A stretch of 64,000 nt of DNA, taken from assembly GCA_963816145.1 (NCBI GenBank), contig CAWFJP010000030.1, positions 352,001 to 416,000 on the forward strand, given 5' to 3'. A model generated the notes under the pieces. The model was not told where the DNA came from and ran no database searches. It saw only the letters and a list, made by a program, of their open reading frames with translations. Of this stretch, positions 1 through 9,563 are shown one piece after another (the stretch's first letter is position 1; every line of letters starts with the position of its first letter). This DNA comes from an uncultured delta proteobacterium. Lineage in GTDB: Bacteria > Desulfobacterota > Binatia > UBA9968. Made by a program: the position numbers and the translations under genes.

Positions 1-149
1 TCCGTTTGCGAGATGCGCCCGGACAACGGATCGTTGACGTTCTCGCGAACCCAATCCCGGGTTGCCAAACAGCCCTGGCCCATGAGCAACGTCGCCGTTA
101 CCCCTGCGCCGATAAAATATTTAACGCCATTGCGGCTAAAACCATTCAT
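1..149 (-). CDS. Lipoprotein, N-terminal part (runs off window; possibly OmpA-family)
   Basis: Not in the ORF track. ATG at 149 with AGGAGG at 157-162; reads MNGFSRNGVKYFIGAGVTATLLMGQGCLATRDWVRENVNDPLSGRISQT, a signal peptide with lipobox-like GQGC. OmpA assignment is a guess. Confidence 0.7.
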   Translation of the reverse strand, partial: MNGFSRNGVKYFIGAGVTATLLMGQGCLATRDWVRENVNDPLSGRISQT

Positions 150-437
150 ACCTATTCCTCCTGTTAGTCGGTTGTTGATCAGTTTTTCTTTATCTTTCGT
201 GCTTTTGGATTCATCGCATGAACCTTAGCTATCACTTGTTACAAGCATATAATCAAATTCTATACCATCCCCAAAAACAGCCAAAACTACCAAATTCACC
301 GATTTTTATCGCTTTTTACTTAGTTATCATGGGGCAGCGAAGGGTTTTCCTACACCGCTGAAGGTTCCTGGAAATCACTCATCGCTTCTTATTCCGTTAA
401 TTCTATCTCGGCAGTACACCCTGAATCAGCTCAAATC

Positions 438-566
438 TTATATTTCGATCTGATGCATCAGAGCATCCCGAGAAAATGGCTTCGCAATGATCTTCGCCGA
501 AAATTCTCATCGTTCCCGGTCCAGCGCCGCCAGCTCTTCATCATCATCGACAACTAACGCGGTATG
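438..566 (-). pseudogene. Relic of a response-regulator receiver domain (internal deletion and stop)
   Basis: Manual translation HTALVVDDDEELAALDRER*EFSAKIIAKPFSRDALMHQIEI*: REC N-terminal VVDDD motif joined to the C-terminal KPF motif; TGA at 509-507. Confidence 0.55.
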
Positions 567-835
567 CTCGCCATGAAAACCCCCATCCTGGCTGACGAAG
601 CGATGGAGCAATCTCTATTCCATCGATTTCATCATCGTTAACCAGTGGGAAAGTTTAGTCATTGTTCTCGGACACAAGAGTCCAAGAAAGCGGCCGAGGA
701 GGATTGTCCCGGCGTTTCGTGATCAAAATAGCCGGCAGTCGAATACTTGAGGAAAGTGAGACCCGCAGTAAACCGCGATGGCACGTAAGGGGTGGCGGAT
801 GGAGATTCAGTGACCAAGCCCGCAGATCAAGAGAT

Positions 836-2260
836 TTAATGCTGGTACGAAGGCTTGACGCGTTTGAACTCATCGACCTTGAGATCATGCTTCTTCAGCA
901 GGTCGTAAAAATCGGCGCGATATTTCCCTGCGAGCTTAGCGGCTTGACTAACGTTACCTTCGGTCATCGAGAGAACTTGAACTAAATAGTCGCGCTCAAA
1001 GGCGTCGCGCGCATCTTTGAGCGATTTAAGCGCGTCGGCAGTCATGGCTTGCCGCTCCAGCGGAAAGCCGCCAGCCCGTTCCGCCGGCGATTGTTTCCCC
1101 TGAATGACGTAGTCCTCGGTCACCATATCCTTCTGGGTCATTGCCACCGCATACTCGATGGTGTTCTCCAACTCGCGCACGTTGCCGGGCCAATCGTGCA
1201 ACATGAGCCGGCGCACCGCTTCCGGCGTCAGGCCTTTCACCTCTCGCTTCATCTGCTGACTGTATTTTTTTAGAAAGTGCTCGGCGAGGGGCAGAATGTC
1301 CTCTTTACGCTCGCGCAGCGGCGGCAAATAGATCGGTATGACGTGAATGCGGTAGTAGAGATCATCGCGGAACAGACCCTTTTTCACCTGCTCGGCTAAG
1401 TCTTTATTGGTCGCGACGATAACCCGCACGTCTACCTCGACGGGAGATTCACTACCGACCGGATAGAATTGCCGCTCTTGCAGCGCGCGCAGCAATTTGG
1501 ATTGCGTCGCCAACGGCATGTCGCCGATCTCGTCCAAAAAAAGCGTTCCGCCATGGGCTTGGGTAAACAATCCCTTGGTGCTGCGAACTGCGCCGGTAAA
1601 AGCGCCTTTTTCATGGCCGAACAGTTCGCTTTCGAGCAGCGTCTCGGGCAGCGCGGCGCAGTTGAGCGCGACAAATGTCGTGTCCTTGCGGTCGCTGGCG
1701 AGATGAATCGCCTTCGCGACCAACTCCTTACCCGTGCCGCTCTCGCCGTGAATGTAAACTGTCGAGTCGAGCTTGGCGATGCGTGTGACCACGTCCAGAA
1801 TCGCCCGCATCTTACCGCTGCGTGCAATGATATTGGTGAAATCGAAGCGCTCATGCAACAATTCCTTAAGCCGCTTGATCTCTGAGTTGAGATTGCGATT
1901 CTCCAGCGCACGCTCGATCTGCAGTAGCAAGTCGGTCGGCTCAAAGGGTTTGGTCAGATAACTGTAGGCGCCACGGCGCATCGCTTCGACGGCGTTTTCA
2001 ATCGTGCCGTGAGCGGTCAGGATAATCGTCGGAATATCCGGATGGATCAAACGGAACTGCTCCATCAGAGTCAATCCATCACTTTGCGCCAACATCAAAT
2101 CAACGACGCACAAGTCGAAAGCCTTGTCCTTGAAAGCATTCAGCGCTTTGTCTTCCTCGCCGAGAGCGGTAACCTCGTAATTCGCCGCCTCCAGGCGCAT
2201 TTTGATCAGCTCCAACAGGTTGGGGTTGTCGTCTACGACTAAAATATTGCCCTTTGCCAC
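836..2260 (-). CDS. Sigma54-dependent response regulator, NtrC family (GlrR/QseF-like)
   Basis: REC domain, Walker A GESGTGKE, GAFTGA loop, [11 protein letters not shown]-terminal HTH GNVSQAAKLAGKYRADFYDLLKKH resembling GlrR. Confidence 0.93.
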   Translation of the reverse strand: MAKGNILVVDDNPNLLELIKMRLEAANYEVTALGEEDKALNAFKDKAFDLCVVDLMLAQSDGLTLMEQFRLIHPDIPTIILTAHGTIENAVEAMRRGAYSYLTKPFEPTDLLLQIERALENRNLNSEIKRLKELLHERFDFTNIIARSGKMRAILDVVTRIAKLDSTVYIHGESGTGKELVAKAIHLASDRKDTTFVALNCAALPETLLESELFGHEKGAFTGAVRSTKGLFTQAHGGTLFLDEIGDMPLATQSKLLRALQERQFYPVGSESPVEVDVRVIVATNKDLAEQVKKGLFRDDLYYRIHVIPIYLPPLRERKEDILPLAEHFLKKYSQQMKREVKGLTPEAVRRLMLHDWPGNVRELENTIEYAVAMTQKDMVTEDYVIQGKQSPAERAGGFPLERQAMTADALKSLKDARDAFERDYLVQVLSMTEGNVSQAAKLAGKYRADFYDLLKKHDLKVDEFKRVKPSYQH

Positions 2261-2267
2261 GAGACCC

Positions 2268-2876
2268 TCATCTCCCCCGTTCGCGCCGCTTTTTTTCGAT
2301 TTGAATGTCCACCTGCTTGGATTTCTCGATCAACTGCTTGGCCTTCTCAAAATCCTGGCGGGATTTTTCAAGTTCCAGCCGGGACTTTTCGGCTTCCTGT
2401 TTGGAGCGTTCGGCGGCGCGCCGGGATATTTCAATTTCTTGCTTAGACTTCTCAGCCTCGATTTTGGTTCGCTCTATTTCTTGTATTGTCGCATCTATTT
2501 CGTCTAGAATACCAGACCAGACCTTAGCCGGTTCGGCAAAGCGGCTCTCTGGATACTGCGTCAGCACCCGTTGAAATGAACCAAGCGCCTTCTGCCGATC
2601 CTTGCGTGGATTCTGCGGGTGTGCGTACACGACCCCAATATAGAAATTCGCCGCATCCGCCGGCGGTTGATCCTTGGCGATCGCGATAACATTTTGAAAG
2701 GCGTTGAGCGAGCCCTCATAGTCACCGCGAGCGAGCAACTGCTGACCTTGGGTCAAGGCTTCGCGCAATTCCCGGCGCCGAATCGATTCCTGAAATAGCC
2801 CGCAGCCCGAAATGATTATCAGCAGGGCAAGACAAAAACAAATTTGCTGCCACTGCCCAATTGGCTTTCCGCCCAT
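2268..2876 (-). CDS. TPR/coiled-coil lipoprotein (positional QseG analogue)
   Basis: Lipobox IISGC, TPR-like helices, long Glu/Lys coiled-coil tail; lies between kinase and regulator genes; start uncertain. Confidence 0.8.
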   Translation of the reverse strand: MGGKPIGQWQQICFCLALLIIISGCGLFQESIRRRELREALTQGQQLLARGDYEGSLNAFQNVIAIAKDQPPADAANFYIGVVYAHPQNPRKDRQKALGSFQRVLTQYPESRFAEPAKVWSGILDEIDATIQEIERTKIEAEKSKQEIEISRRAAERSKQEAEKSRLELEKSRQDFEKAKQLIEKSKQVDIQIEKKRRERGR

Positions 2877-4261
2877 AAATTTCCACCATGCGATGTAATA
2901 ATGTTTTTAGCTATCGCCAAACCGAGGCCTGTGCCCTGACGGTGATTGGCGCCCGCGTGACTGCCCTGGCTGAATTTTTCGAAGATCGACCCAAGACTCT
3001 CCGCTGGGATGCCCGGGCCGGAGTCTTTCACAGAAACTTCCAGGATGCCATCGTGGGTCTTGGCCGCAACCGACACTTGCCCTCCCTTGGGGGTGAACTT
3101 GACGGCATTACCCATCAGGTTGCGCAACACTTGTAAAATTCTCTCAGGATCGAGCCGCAACGCCGGCATCGGTTCATCCAGCGCACTTTCAAATTGAATC
3201 TGCTTGGCCTCCACCAATGGCGTAATCTCGGCGACCGCACGTTTGATCAAGGGCTCGATATGCGTGGTCTCGAAATCGTAACGCATCATGCCGGCTTCCA
3301 TTTTCGAAAGATCGAGGAACGTATTGACCAGGCTGATCAAGCGGTTGCTTTCCTCGGTGATAATGCCGAGCAGCTTTTGTTGCTTCTCCGTGGTCGCACC
3401 GCCGACGCCGTCGAGCAAGAGACCGGTGCCCTCCTTGATCGAGGTCAAAGGGGTGCGCAGTTCATGGGACATGGCCGCGAAAAAATCCGCCTTCAAGCGA
3501 TCGAGCTCCTTGAGCCGCTGGCTCATCGAATTAAGCGCCACCGCCAACTCGGCAATCTCACGGGGCGACTTGATCTGAACCGGATGATCGAAATTGCCAC
3601 GAGCAATTTCTTGAGTCTTGGCTTTGAGCGCGGCTAACGGCCGAGTAATGCTCTTGGTGATCAGCATCGACATCAGAACAAGCGCCAGCAGACTGCCCGC
3701 GGCGATCGACAACGCGGCTTCTCGCGCCTGCGCCGCGGTGGCGGCCAACTCCTTAACTTTAGAGTAGGTCGTCTGTTGTTGATTGGCGCGCAAGCGCTCA
3801 AGCTCATCCAACATAGCATCGACTAGATTGTCCTTGTCCTGCTTGAACTGCGCTTGTGGATAATTCTTCTTGGTGCGCACCCAGCGCGCCTCGAACTCGA
3901 CCAATTCGACGTAACGGCGGTAGTTTTCACGCACCCGCCGCACGATCGCCTGGGCGAGAACATCGGCCACCGCCGCCGCGTTCTCGACACGCGCTTCGAA
4001 ATCGATCTTCAAGCGAACAAATTGTAGATACCACGCTTCGTCGCGGCTCAGGACAAACTTCTGCTCGGCGCGGCTTTGCGACAACAACAGATCGGTGAGA
4101 AATTTTTCGTGGTCGAGCACCCGATTGTCGATACGTAGGATCGACTCCGCCTGGTTGCCGAAATCGGTCAGCTCGAGGATCGCATACGAACTTGCCGCCG
4201 CGACGATCGCAAAGATCGCCAGATAGCCCAGCGTCAGACGGGAAAACAGACTCAGATGCAT
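2819..4261 (-). CDS. HAMP-domain sensor histidine kinase (GlrK/QseE-like)
   Basis: Two TM segments, HAMP, H-box SHELRTPL, N-box NLMGNAVKF, G boxes DSGPGI and GTGLGL. Confidence 0.93.
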   Translation of the reverse strand: MHLSLFSRLTLGYLAIFAIVAAASSYAILELTDFGNQAESILRIDNRVLDHEKFLTDLLLSQSRAEQKFVLSRDEAWYLQFVRLKIDFEARVENAAAVADVLAQAIVRRVRENYRRYVELVEFEARWVRTKKNYPQAQFKQDKDNLVDAMLDELERLRANQQQTTYSKVKELAATAAQAREAALSIAAGSLLALVLMSMLITKSITRPLAALKAKTQEIARGNFDHPVQIKSPREIAELAVALNSMSQRLKELDRLKADFFAAMSHELRTPLTSIKEGTGLLLDGVGGATTEKQQKLLGIITEESNRLISLVNTFLDLSKMEAGMMRYDFETTHIEPLIKRAVAEITPLVEAKQIQFESALDEPMPALRLDPERILQVLRNLMGNAVKFTPKGGQVSVAAKTHDGILEVSVKDSGPGIPAESLGSIFEKFSQGSHAGANHRQGTGLGLAIAKNIITSHGGNLWAESQLGSGSKFVFVLPC

Positions 4262-4270
4262 GGCGACTCA

Positions 4271-5398
4271 CTAGGTGGTTTTAGCACTGTTGGGATTCGG
4301 CTCAAAAGGCTCGCTCCGCGCCGATTCCGCGGCTAGGAATTTTTGGCCGAATTGTTCAAGCCGTTTGTCGGCGCTCTGATAACTCGACTGGGCATGGGCT
4401 AAGTGTTTGCCGAGAACGACAAAATCGTCGCGAAACTTGGCGAAATCGCCCTGCAACCGGCCCAGGTACTGAATGATTTCCTTGGTCCGGTCTTCGATCC
4501 GCAAACCTTTAAGACCCAAAATGATCGCCTGCAAATACGCGTAGAAACTATTGGGCGAAACCGGAATCACCCGCCTGCTCATGGCATACTGACACAGGTT
4601 GCGTTCGTCGTCGGCTTCATCCTTGATGACCGTTTCATAATAAACGTTTTCCGCCGGGATATACATGAGGGCAAAATCATAAGTCCCTTCGTCTGGCAGG
4701 ATATACTTGGAGGCGATCGCGTCAATATGCTTGCGCACATCGACGGCGAATTGTTTCTTCGCCCGGTTGCGCTCCTCGTCGCTCGCCGCCTCCACTAGCC
4801 GTTTGAAATTTTCCAAGGGAAATTTCGCGTCCACCGGCACCAGGGAAGCGCCGAGCTTGATCACCGCGTCGACTTTTTCGCCGCTGCGAAAGCCATATTG
4901 GATCGAAAAATGTTGCGGCGGCAAGATCTGCCCCAACAAGTCCTCGAGAAAAAATTCGCCGAGTCCACCGCGCAGCTTGGGCGCCCGCAGGATGTCCTGC
5001 AATGACGCGATGTCTTTGCCGACTTCGTAAATTCGCCGATTGGTTTCTTCGAGGCCGCCAAGGCTTTTCTGCACGCCGCCGACCACACGCGCCGCGTTGT
5101 CGAGCCGTTCGCCCAAATTCTGTTGGGTGTCGTTGAGCACCTGAGCATTTTCTTTTAGACGCTCGTTGACCTGAGCGATCATTTGACCCAACTGCTGCTG
5201 CAAGGCCCGGGTGTTGTTATCCAGCGTCGCGCTCAGCTGCGAGCGCAGTTGATCGATCTGCTGCTGCATCAAGAGCATCGACTGATCTTCCGATTTCTCT
5301 TGAACCAGCGTGCGCAAGCGGCCAAGAAAAAACCAGCTAAGCAGAACCAAACCGACAAAGGAAATAAAAACGGCAACTAAGAGGGGGATAAGATCCAC
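4271..5398 (-). CDS. rmuC: DNA recombination protein RmuC
   Basis: N-terminal TM, coiled coil, RGGLGE, VDAKFP, DFALMYIPAE motifs. Confidence 0.9.
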   Translation of the reverse strand: MDLIPLLVAVFISFVGLVLLSWFFLGRLRTLVQEKSEDQSMLLMQQQIDQLRSQLSATLDNNTRALQQQLGQMIAQVNERLKENAQVLNDTQQNLGERLDNAARVVGGVQKSLGGLEETNRRIYEVGKDIASLQDILRAPKLRGGLGEFFLEDLLGQILPPQHFSIQYGFRSGEKVDAVIKLGASLVPVDAKFPLENFKRLVEAASDEERNRAKKQFAVDVRKHIDAIASKYILPDEGTYDFALMYIPAENVYYETVIKDEADDERNLCQYAMSRRVIPVSPNSFYAYLQAIILGLKGLRIEDRTKEIIQYLGRLQGDFAKFRDDFVVLGKHLAHAQSSYQSADKRLEQFGQKFLAAESARSEPFEPNPNSAKTT

Positions 5399-5415
5399 GA
5401 CTGACCGTGGCCGGG

Positions 5416-5628
5416 CTAGAGCAGTCTCAGCGCATACTCGAGGATTTCGCTGAGCTTGCGGATTTGGGTTGCGCGCATGGATCGTTCTTCGCGTGGCGCG
5501 GCGAAGTAATCATCGACGCTCTTTTTCAAATTCCACTCCAAAAGCTCGATGCATTGATGCATGCTGACTTTTTCCGACTTGCGCCGGCGGGCTTGATGCA
5601 GCTCTTGTAGTTGAATGATCTGACCCAT
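5416..5628 (-). CDS. Small hypothetical protein
   Basis: MGQIIQLQELHQARRRK... helical 70-aa ORF filling the gap between aguA and rmuC; start chosen at internal ATG. Confidence 0.6.
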   Translation of the reverse strand: MGQIIQLQELHQARRRKSEKVSMHQCIELLEWNLKKSVDDYFAAPREERSMRATQIRKLSEILEYALRLL

Positions 5629-5710
5629 ACCAGCGGCCAGGATAGGGCAGCGCAAAAAATAGTCAAGGCCTCGAAGACGAATATGGCACAATAAGGACAA
5701 CGCCAAGAAA

Positions 5711-6775
5711 TCAGCGCACCGCTGGCTGCTGTTGCGTGACGCAGTGAATCGCGCCTAAACCGGCCACCACTTCATTGCAGCGCAGGCCGATTATTTTTCG
5801 CTTGGGAAAACATTCTTGCAAGAGTCCCAGAGCTTTATGGTCGTTGCCATCGTCGAACACCGGCACGAGCACGACCTCGTTGGCGATGTAAAAATTAGCG
5901 TAGCTCGCCGGCAGCCGCGCGCCGTCGTAGAAAACCGGCGCCGGACAGGGCAAGCAAACGATTTCTAACTTCTTGCCGTCCTGATCGCGGGCGCTCTGCA
6001 AGCGCTCGTAGTTTTCTTGCAAGAAGCGGTAGTTATCGTCATGAGGATTTGCCTCGACAATACATGCAACTACCGTCGGATTGACAAAGCGCGCGATATC
6101 GTCGATATGGCCGTCGGTATCGTCGCCGACAATCCCTTCGCCGAGCCAGAGAATCTGCCGTACGCCAAGCGATGCTTTAAGAAAATCTTCGATCTGCGTG
6201 CGGCTCAAATTTGGATTGCGATTGCGGTTGAGGAGGCACTGTTCGGTGGTCAGACATGTTCCACTGCCGTTCACTTCGATGGAACCGCCTTCAAGGATCA
6301 ATTTGTGCTCGAACACCGGCAATTGCAGAAGCTCTGCGATCGCGCGCGCCACCCGATCGTCTTCCTCGTAAGCTTGGTACTTGCCGCCCCAACCGTTGAA
6401 GATCCAATCGTTGAACGCCAGCGGCCGGTCCGTGGCGTTCCGGGTGACGAATGTCGGGCCGTAATCGCGCATCCAGACATCGACCGTGGGGATCTCCAGC
6501 AGGGTCACATTGTTCATTGCCGCTTTGGCGCCGTTGAGCCGCGCCGCCAACTGTGTTTTTGCGGCGCCATCGTTGACCAGCAAGTAAACCTGCTCGTGGG
6601 GCGACAGCGCCGCCACCATCTGCACCCAGATGTCCCGGACTTTTTCCAAGTCGGTCGGCCAGGTTTCTAAATTATGCGGCCAGGACAGCCAGGTGGCCCG
6701 ATGCGGCGCCCACTCGGCCGGCATGGAATAACCCAAACTAGTAGGCGTGGATGAACTCGGGAATGAATTTGCCAT
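5711..6775 (-). CDS. aguA: Agmatine deiminase family protein
   Basis: MPAEW, WMRDYGP, EGGSIE, DTDGHID, C-terminal GAIHCVTQQQP. Confidence 0.93.
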   Translation of the reverse strand: MANSFPSSSTPTSLGYSMPAEWAPHRATWLSWPHNLETWPTDLEKVRDIWVQMVAALSPHEQVYLLVNDGAAKTQLAARLNGAKAAMNNVTLLEIPTVDVWMRDYGPTFVTRNATDRPLAFNDWIFNGWGGKYQAYEEDDRVARAIAELLQLPVFEHKLILEGGSIEVNGSGTCLTTEQCLLNRNRNPNLSRTQIEDFLKASLGVRQILWLGEGIVGDDTDGHIDDIARFVNPTVVACIVEANPHDDNYRFLQENYERLQSARDQDGKKLEIVCLPCPAPVFYDGARLPASYANFYIANEVVLVPVFDDGNDHKALGLLQECFPKRKIIGLRCNEVVAGLGAIHCVTQQQPAVR

Positions 6776-6800
6776 GGAATGCTGTTTTCAATCTGAGGGA

Positions 6801-7685
6801 TTAGCGGTCGAGCGAACGGGTCAGTAACGCGCCGTACGCGTCGATACGCCGGTCGCGCAGAAACGGCCAGGCTTGGCGCGTCTCTTCGATCTTGCTGAGA
6901 TCGCAATTGGCGATGAGAATCTCTTCCCGCTTTGCGCCGGCATGGGCAACGATCTCGCCCAGCGGCCCGGCGACAAACGAATTGCCCCAAAACCTGATCT
7001 TGCCTTCGCTGCCGACGCGGTTGACCGAGACAACGTAAACCCCGTTGGCGATCGCGTGCGAGCGCTGTATCAACTCCCACGCGTTGCGTTGATTCCGCGC
7101 CACGGTGCGCGGCTCCTTCGGTATCCAGCCGATCGCTGTCGGATAAAACAAGATCTGTGCGCCGCCCAGCACCGCCGCCCGCGCCCCTTCGGGAAACCAC
7201 TGATCCCAGCAGACCAGCACCGCGATCCTGGCGTAGCGCGTCTGAAAACTGGGGAAGCCTAGATCGCCGGGGGTGAAATAAAATTTTTCGTAATAGAGCG
7301 GATCGTCGGGAATATGCATCTTGCGGTACTTGCCGGCAATCGAACCATCGGCATCGAGCACCACCGCAGTGTTGTGGTAGATGCCGGCTGTGCGCCGCTC
7401 GAAGAGCGACGCGACGATGACGATTTTCTTTCGCCGCGCCACCGCGCCTAAAACTTCCGTGCTCGGCCCGGGAATAGGTTCAGCAAGCTTGAAGTTACGA
7501 GGGTCCTCGCTCTGGCAAAAATAACGCGAGCGAAACAGCTCCTGCAGGCAGACGATCTTGGTGCCCTTCTTGGCCGCCGCTTCAATGCGTTGCACGGCTT
7601 TGGCGAGATTGGCGATGGGGTCGTTGGCGCAGCTCATCTGCACCAAGGCAATTTTAACTTGCTCGGGATTTTTCGTTCTTGCCAT
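6801..7685 (-). CDS. aguB: N-carbamoylputrescine amidase (carbon-nitrogen hydrolase)
   Basis: Nitrilase triad E (LQELF), K (YRKMHIP), C (VCWDQWFPE); adjacent to aguA. Confidence 0.88.
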   Translation of the reverse strand: MARTKNPEQVKIALVQMSCANDPIANLAKAVQRIEAAAKKGTKIVCLQELFRSRYFCQSEDPRNFKLAEPIPGPSTEVLGAVARRKKIVIVASLFERRTAGIYHNTAVVLDADGSIAGKYRKMHIPDDPLYYEKFYFTPGDLGFPSFQTRYARIAVLVCWDQWFPEGARAAVLGGAQILFYPTAIGWIPKEPRTVARNQRNAWELIQRSHAIANGVYVVSVNRVGSEGKIRFWGNSFVAGPLGEIVAHAGAKREEILIANCDLSKIEETRQAWPFLRDRRIDAYGALLTRSLDR

Positions 7686-7722
7686 GATGCCGGCTAATCT
7701 AACTGAAATAGCTCAAAGAAAC

Positions 7723-7763
7723 AAAAAAAAGGGAGGGGAAAAGTAACCACCTTTCCCCTCCCT
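7723..7763 (-). terminator. Rho-independent terminator downstream of dienelactone hydrolase gene
   Basis: Hairpin agggaggggaaa...tttcccctccct with an A-run on the + strand (U-tract on -). Confidence 0.75.
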
Positions 7764-7782
7764 CGGACTGCGCTACCCTGAA

Positions 7783-8502
7783 CTATTTAAGATGCTGCGC
7801 GAAGAAACTCTTGGTCTTTTCCCAGGCATCGGCAGCCGACTTTTCATGATAGCTGCCGCGCTCGTCGCAGAAAAAGCCGTGGCCCGCGTCGGGATAGATC
7901 TTCATCTGGAACGGCACCTTTTTGGTCGTCAATTCGGTATTGATCTGACCCACCTGATCCATCGGGATCAGCTGATCCTTGGCGCCAAAGAATAGATACA
8001 TCGGGCATTTGATCTCGCCGGTGCGCGACAACGGGCTCGGATTGCCCATGGTAATGCCGCCGCCGTAATACGGCACCGCGCACTTCACGTCATTGGCGTG
8101 ATGCGCCGCGCTCAAATAGGTCAAGCGTCCACCCATGCAGAAGCCGACCACGCCGAGAGAACCGGATTTGACGTTGCTTTGCGATTTCAAGTGTGCGATC
8201 GCCGCACTGACATCTTCCATCGCCTTGGGATCCTGCACCCGCTGCAGGGTCGCAATCGCCTTGGCCATGTCGGAGAACGGAATCACCCGCTCCGCCTCGC
8301 GATGAAAAATATCCGGGCAGATCGCCACGTAGCCTTCGGCCGCGATCCGATCTGTGACTTTCTTCATGTGATCGTTCACACCAAAAGCTTCCTGTATTAC
8401 GACGATGCCCGGATAACTGCCGCCTTCCTTCGGCTGCGCCACGTAGGCATCCATCTTGCCGTCAGAAATGTTGAGTTGAACAGTAGAGTTGGAAACGTCC
8501 AT
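7783..8502 (-). CDS. Dienelactone hydrolase family protein
   Basis: QEAFGVN, nucleophile GFCMGG, AGHGF. Confidence 0.92.
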   Translation of the reverse strand: MDVSNSTVQLNISDGKMDAYVAQPKEGGSYPGIVVIQEAFGVNDHMKKVTDRIAAEGYVAICPDIFHREAERVIPFSDMAKAIATLQRVQDPKAMEDVSAAIAHLKSQSNVKSGSLGVVGFCMGGRLTYLSAAHHANDVKCAVPYYGGGITMGNPSPLSRTGEIKCPMYLFFGAKDQLIPMDQVGQINTELTTKKVPFQMKIYPDAGHGFFCDERGSYHEKSAADAWEKTKSFFAQHLK

Positions 8503-8602
8503 CGGTACCTCCTTAGATTCGTGAATGACAGTTCAAAGTGGATTTTGTCTATCAAATTTCGCCGCAGCGGTCCACACCTCATCGAGGCGACTTCAGGAAA
8601 AT

Positions 8603-9451
8603 TCAATCATGCTTGCGGCAGAACTCGAGAACCCGATCGACCACTGTTTGCGTCGACTGCTGCGGCGGCATGACGTTCCAAAATTCGTTATTGGGCAGTA
8701 ACTCCCGCAGGTAATGCGCGCCCGAGGTCGCGTGGGACGGGTCGTCGCCGGGGATGATCAGCGACGGCGTCTTGATTCCCATCACCTCTTCGGGCTCGGC
8801 GCCGGGTGCGGTGTCGCGGTCAAACAAAGTTCGGCCGCTAGTGATCATCATCCCCAGGTAGTGTTCCAAATCTTGCTTGACGAAGCGGTCGGCGAATTCT
8901 TTGTCGCGCGCGATCATCCCGGCCCAGGGACCGGTTTCCGGGTCGAGCCAAAAACTTTTCTTGTCTTGGGCGCGCTCAACCACGCCTTTGAGCCCATTTT
9001 GTTTGGCAAACTCACAGTGGCGCATGAAGCGCGCCTGGCTGTTGGCCTTCCAACGATAGCCGCCCACCGGCCAATGCAGCAGCAAGCCACGGGTCGCTTG
9101 CGGATAATGCACGCCGAAAGCGAGGGCCATGGAACAACCCATGCAGCCACCGAGAATCCAGGCCGAATCGATCTTCAGATGATCGAGCAACGCTTTGCCA
9201 TGACGCGTGAAAGTCGCCCAGGTCAATCGCTCGACCCGCCCGCCGGACTGGCCGCACTCGCGCCGGTCGTAGACTATCACCCGATGCTCTGCCGCGAGCG
9301 CTTGGATCGCGTCGATTCCCGTCCAGGCGCTCGCCACGCGCCACTTATCGATTGTCGCGTCGAACCCGCCCGGCGCGCACATTAAAATCGCCGTTCCCGA
9401 ACCATGAACCTCATAGTAAGTGTCAATCCCATCGACATTGGCTAGCGGCAT
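8603..9451 (-). CDS. Alpha/beta fold hydrolase with Cys at the nucleophile elbow
   Basis: YDRRECGQS, elbow GGCMG; alternative start at 9457. Confidence 0.85.
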   Translation of the reverse strand: MPLANVDGIDTYYEVHGSGTAILMCAPGGFDATIDKWRVASAWTGIDAIQALAAEHRVIVYDRRECGQSGGRVERLTWATFTRHGKALLDHLKIDSAWILGGCMGCSMALAFGVHYPQATRGLLLHWPVGGYRWKANSQARFMRHCEFAKQNGLKGVVERAQDKKSFWLDPETGPWAGMIARDKEFADRFVKQDLEHYLGMMITSGRTLFDRDTAPGAEPEEVMGIKTPSLIIPGDDPSHATSGAHYLRELLPNNEFWNVMPPQQSTQTVVDRVLEFCRKHD

Positions 9452-9563
9452 GAGCATCTCTCCTTTGGTTTGCTGGACTTCAATAACTGCGACCAGTAAG
9501 ATTTAGCACGCTGCCCGCTCGGAAGGAAAGTTCGCAAGCCCATGCAGCGCGGAGGCAAGATCT

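Noticed and set aside
662-985. 107-aa plus-strand ORF and the many other antisense or alternative-frame ORFs in the track
   Set aside because: They overlap well-supported genes, lack motifs, and are expected shadows in GC-rich DNA.
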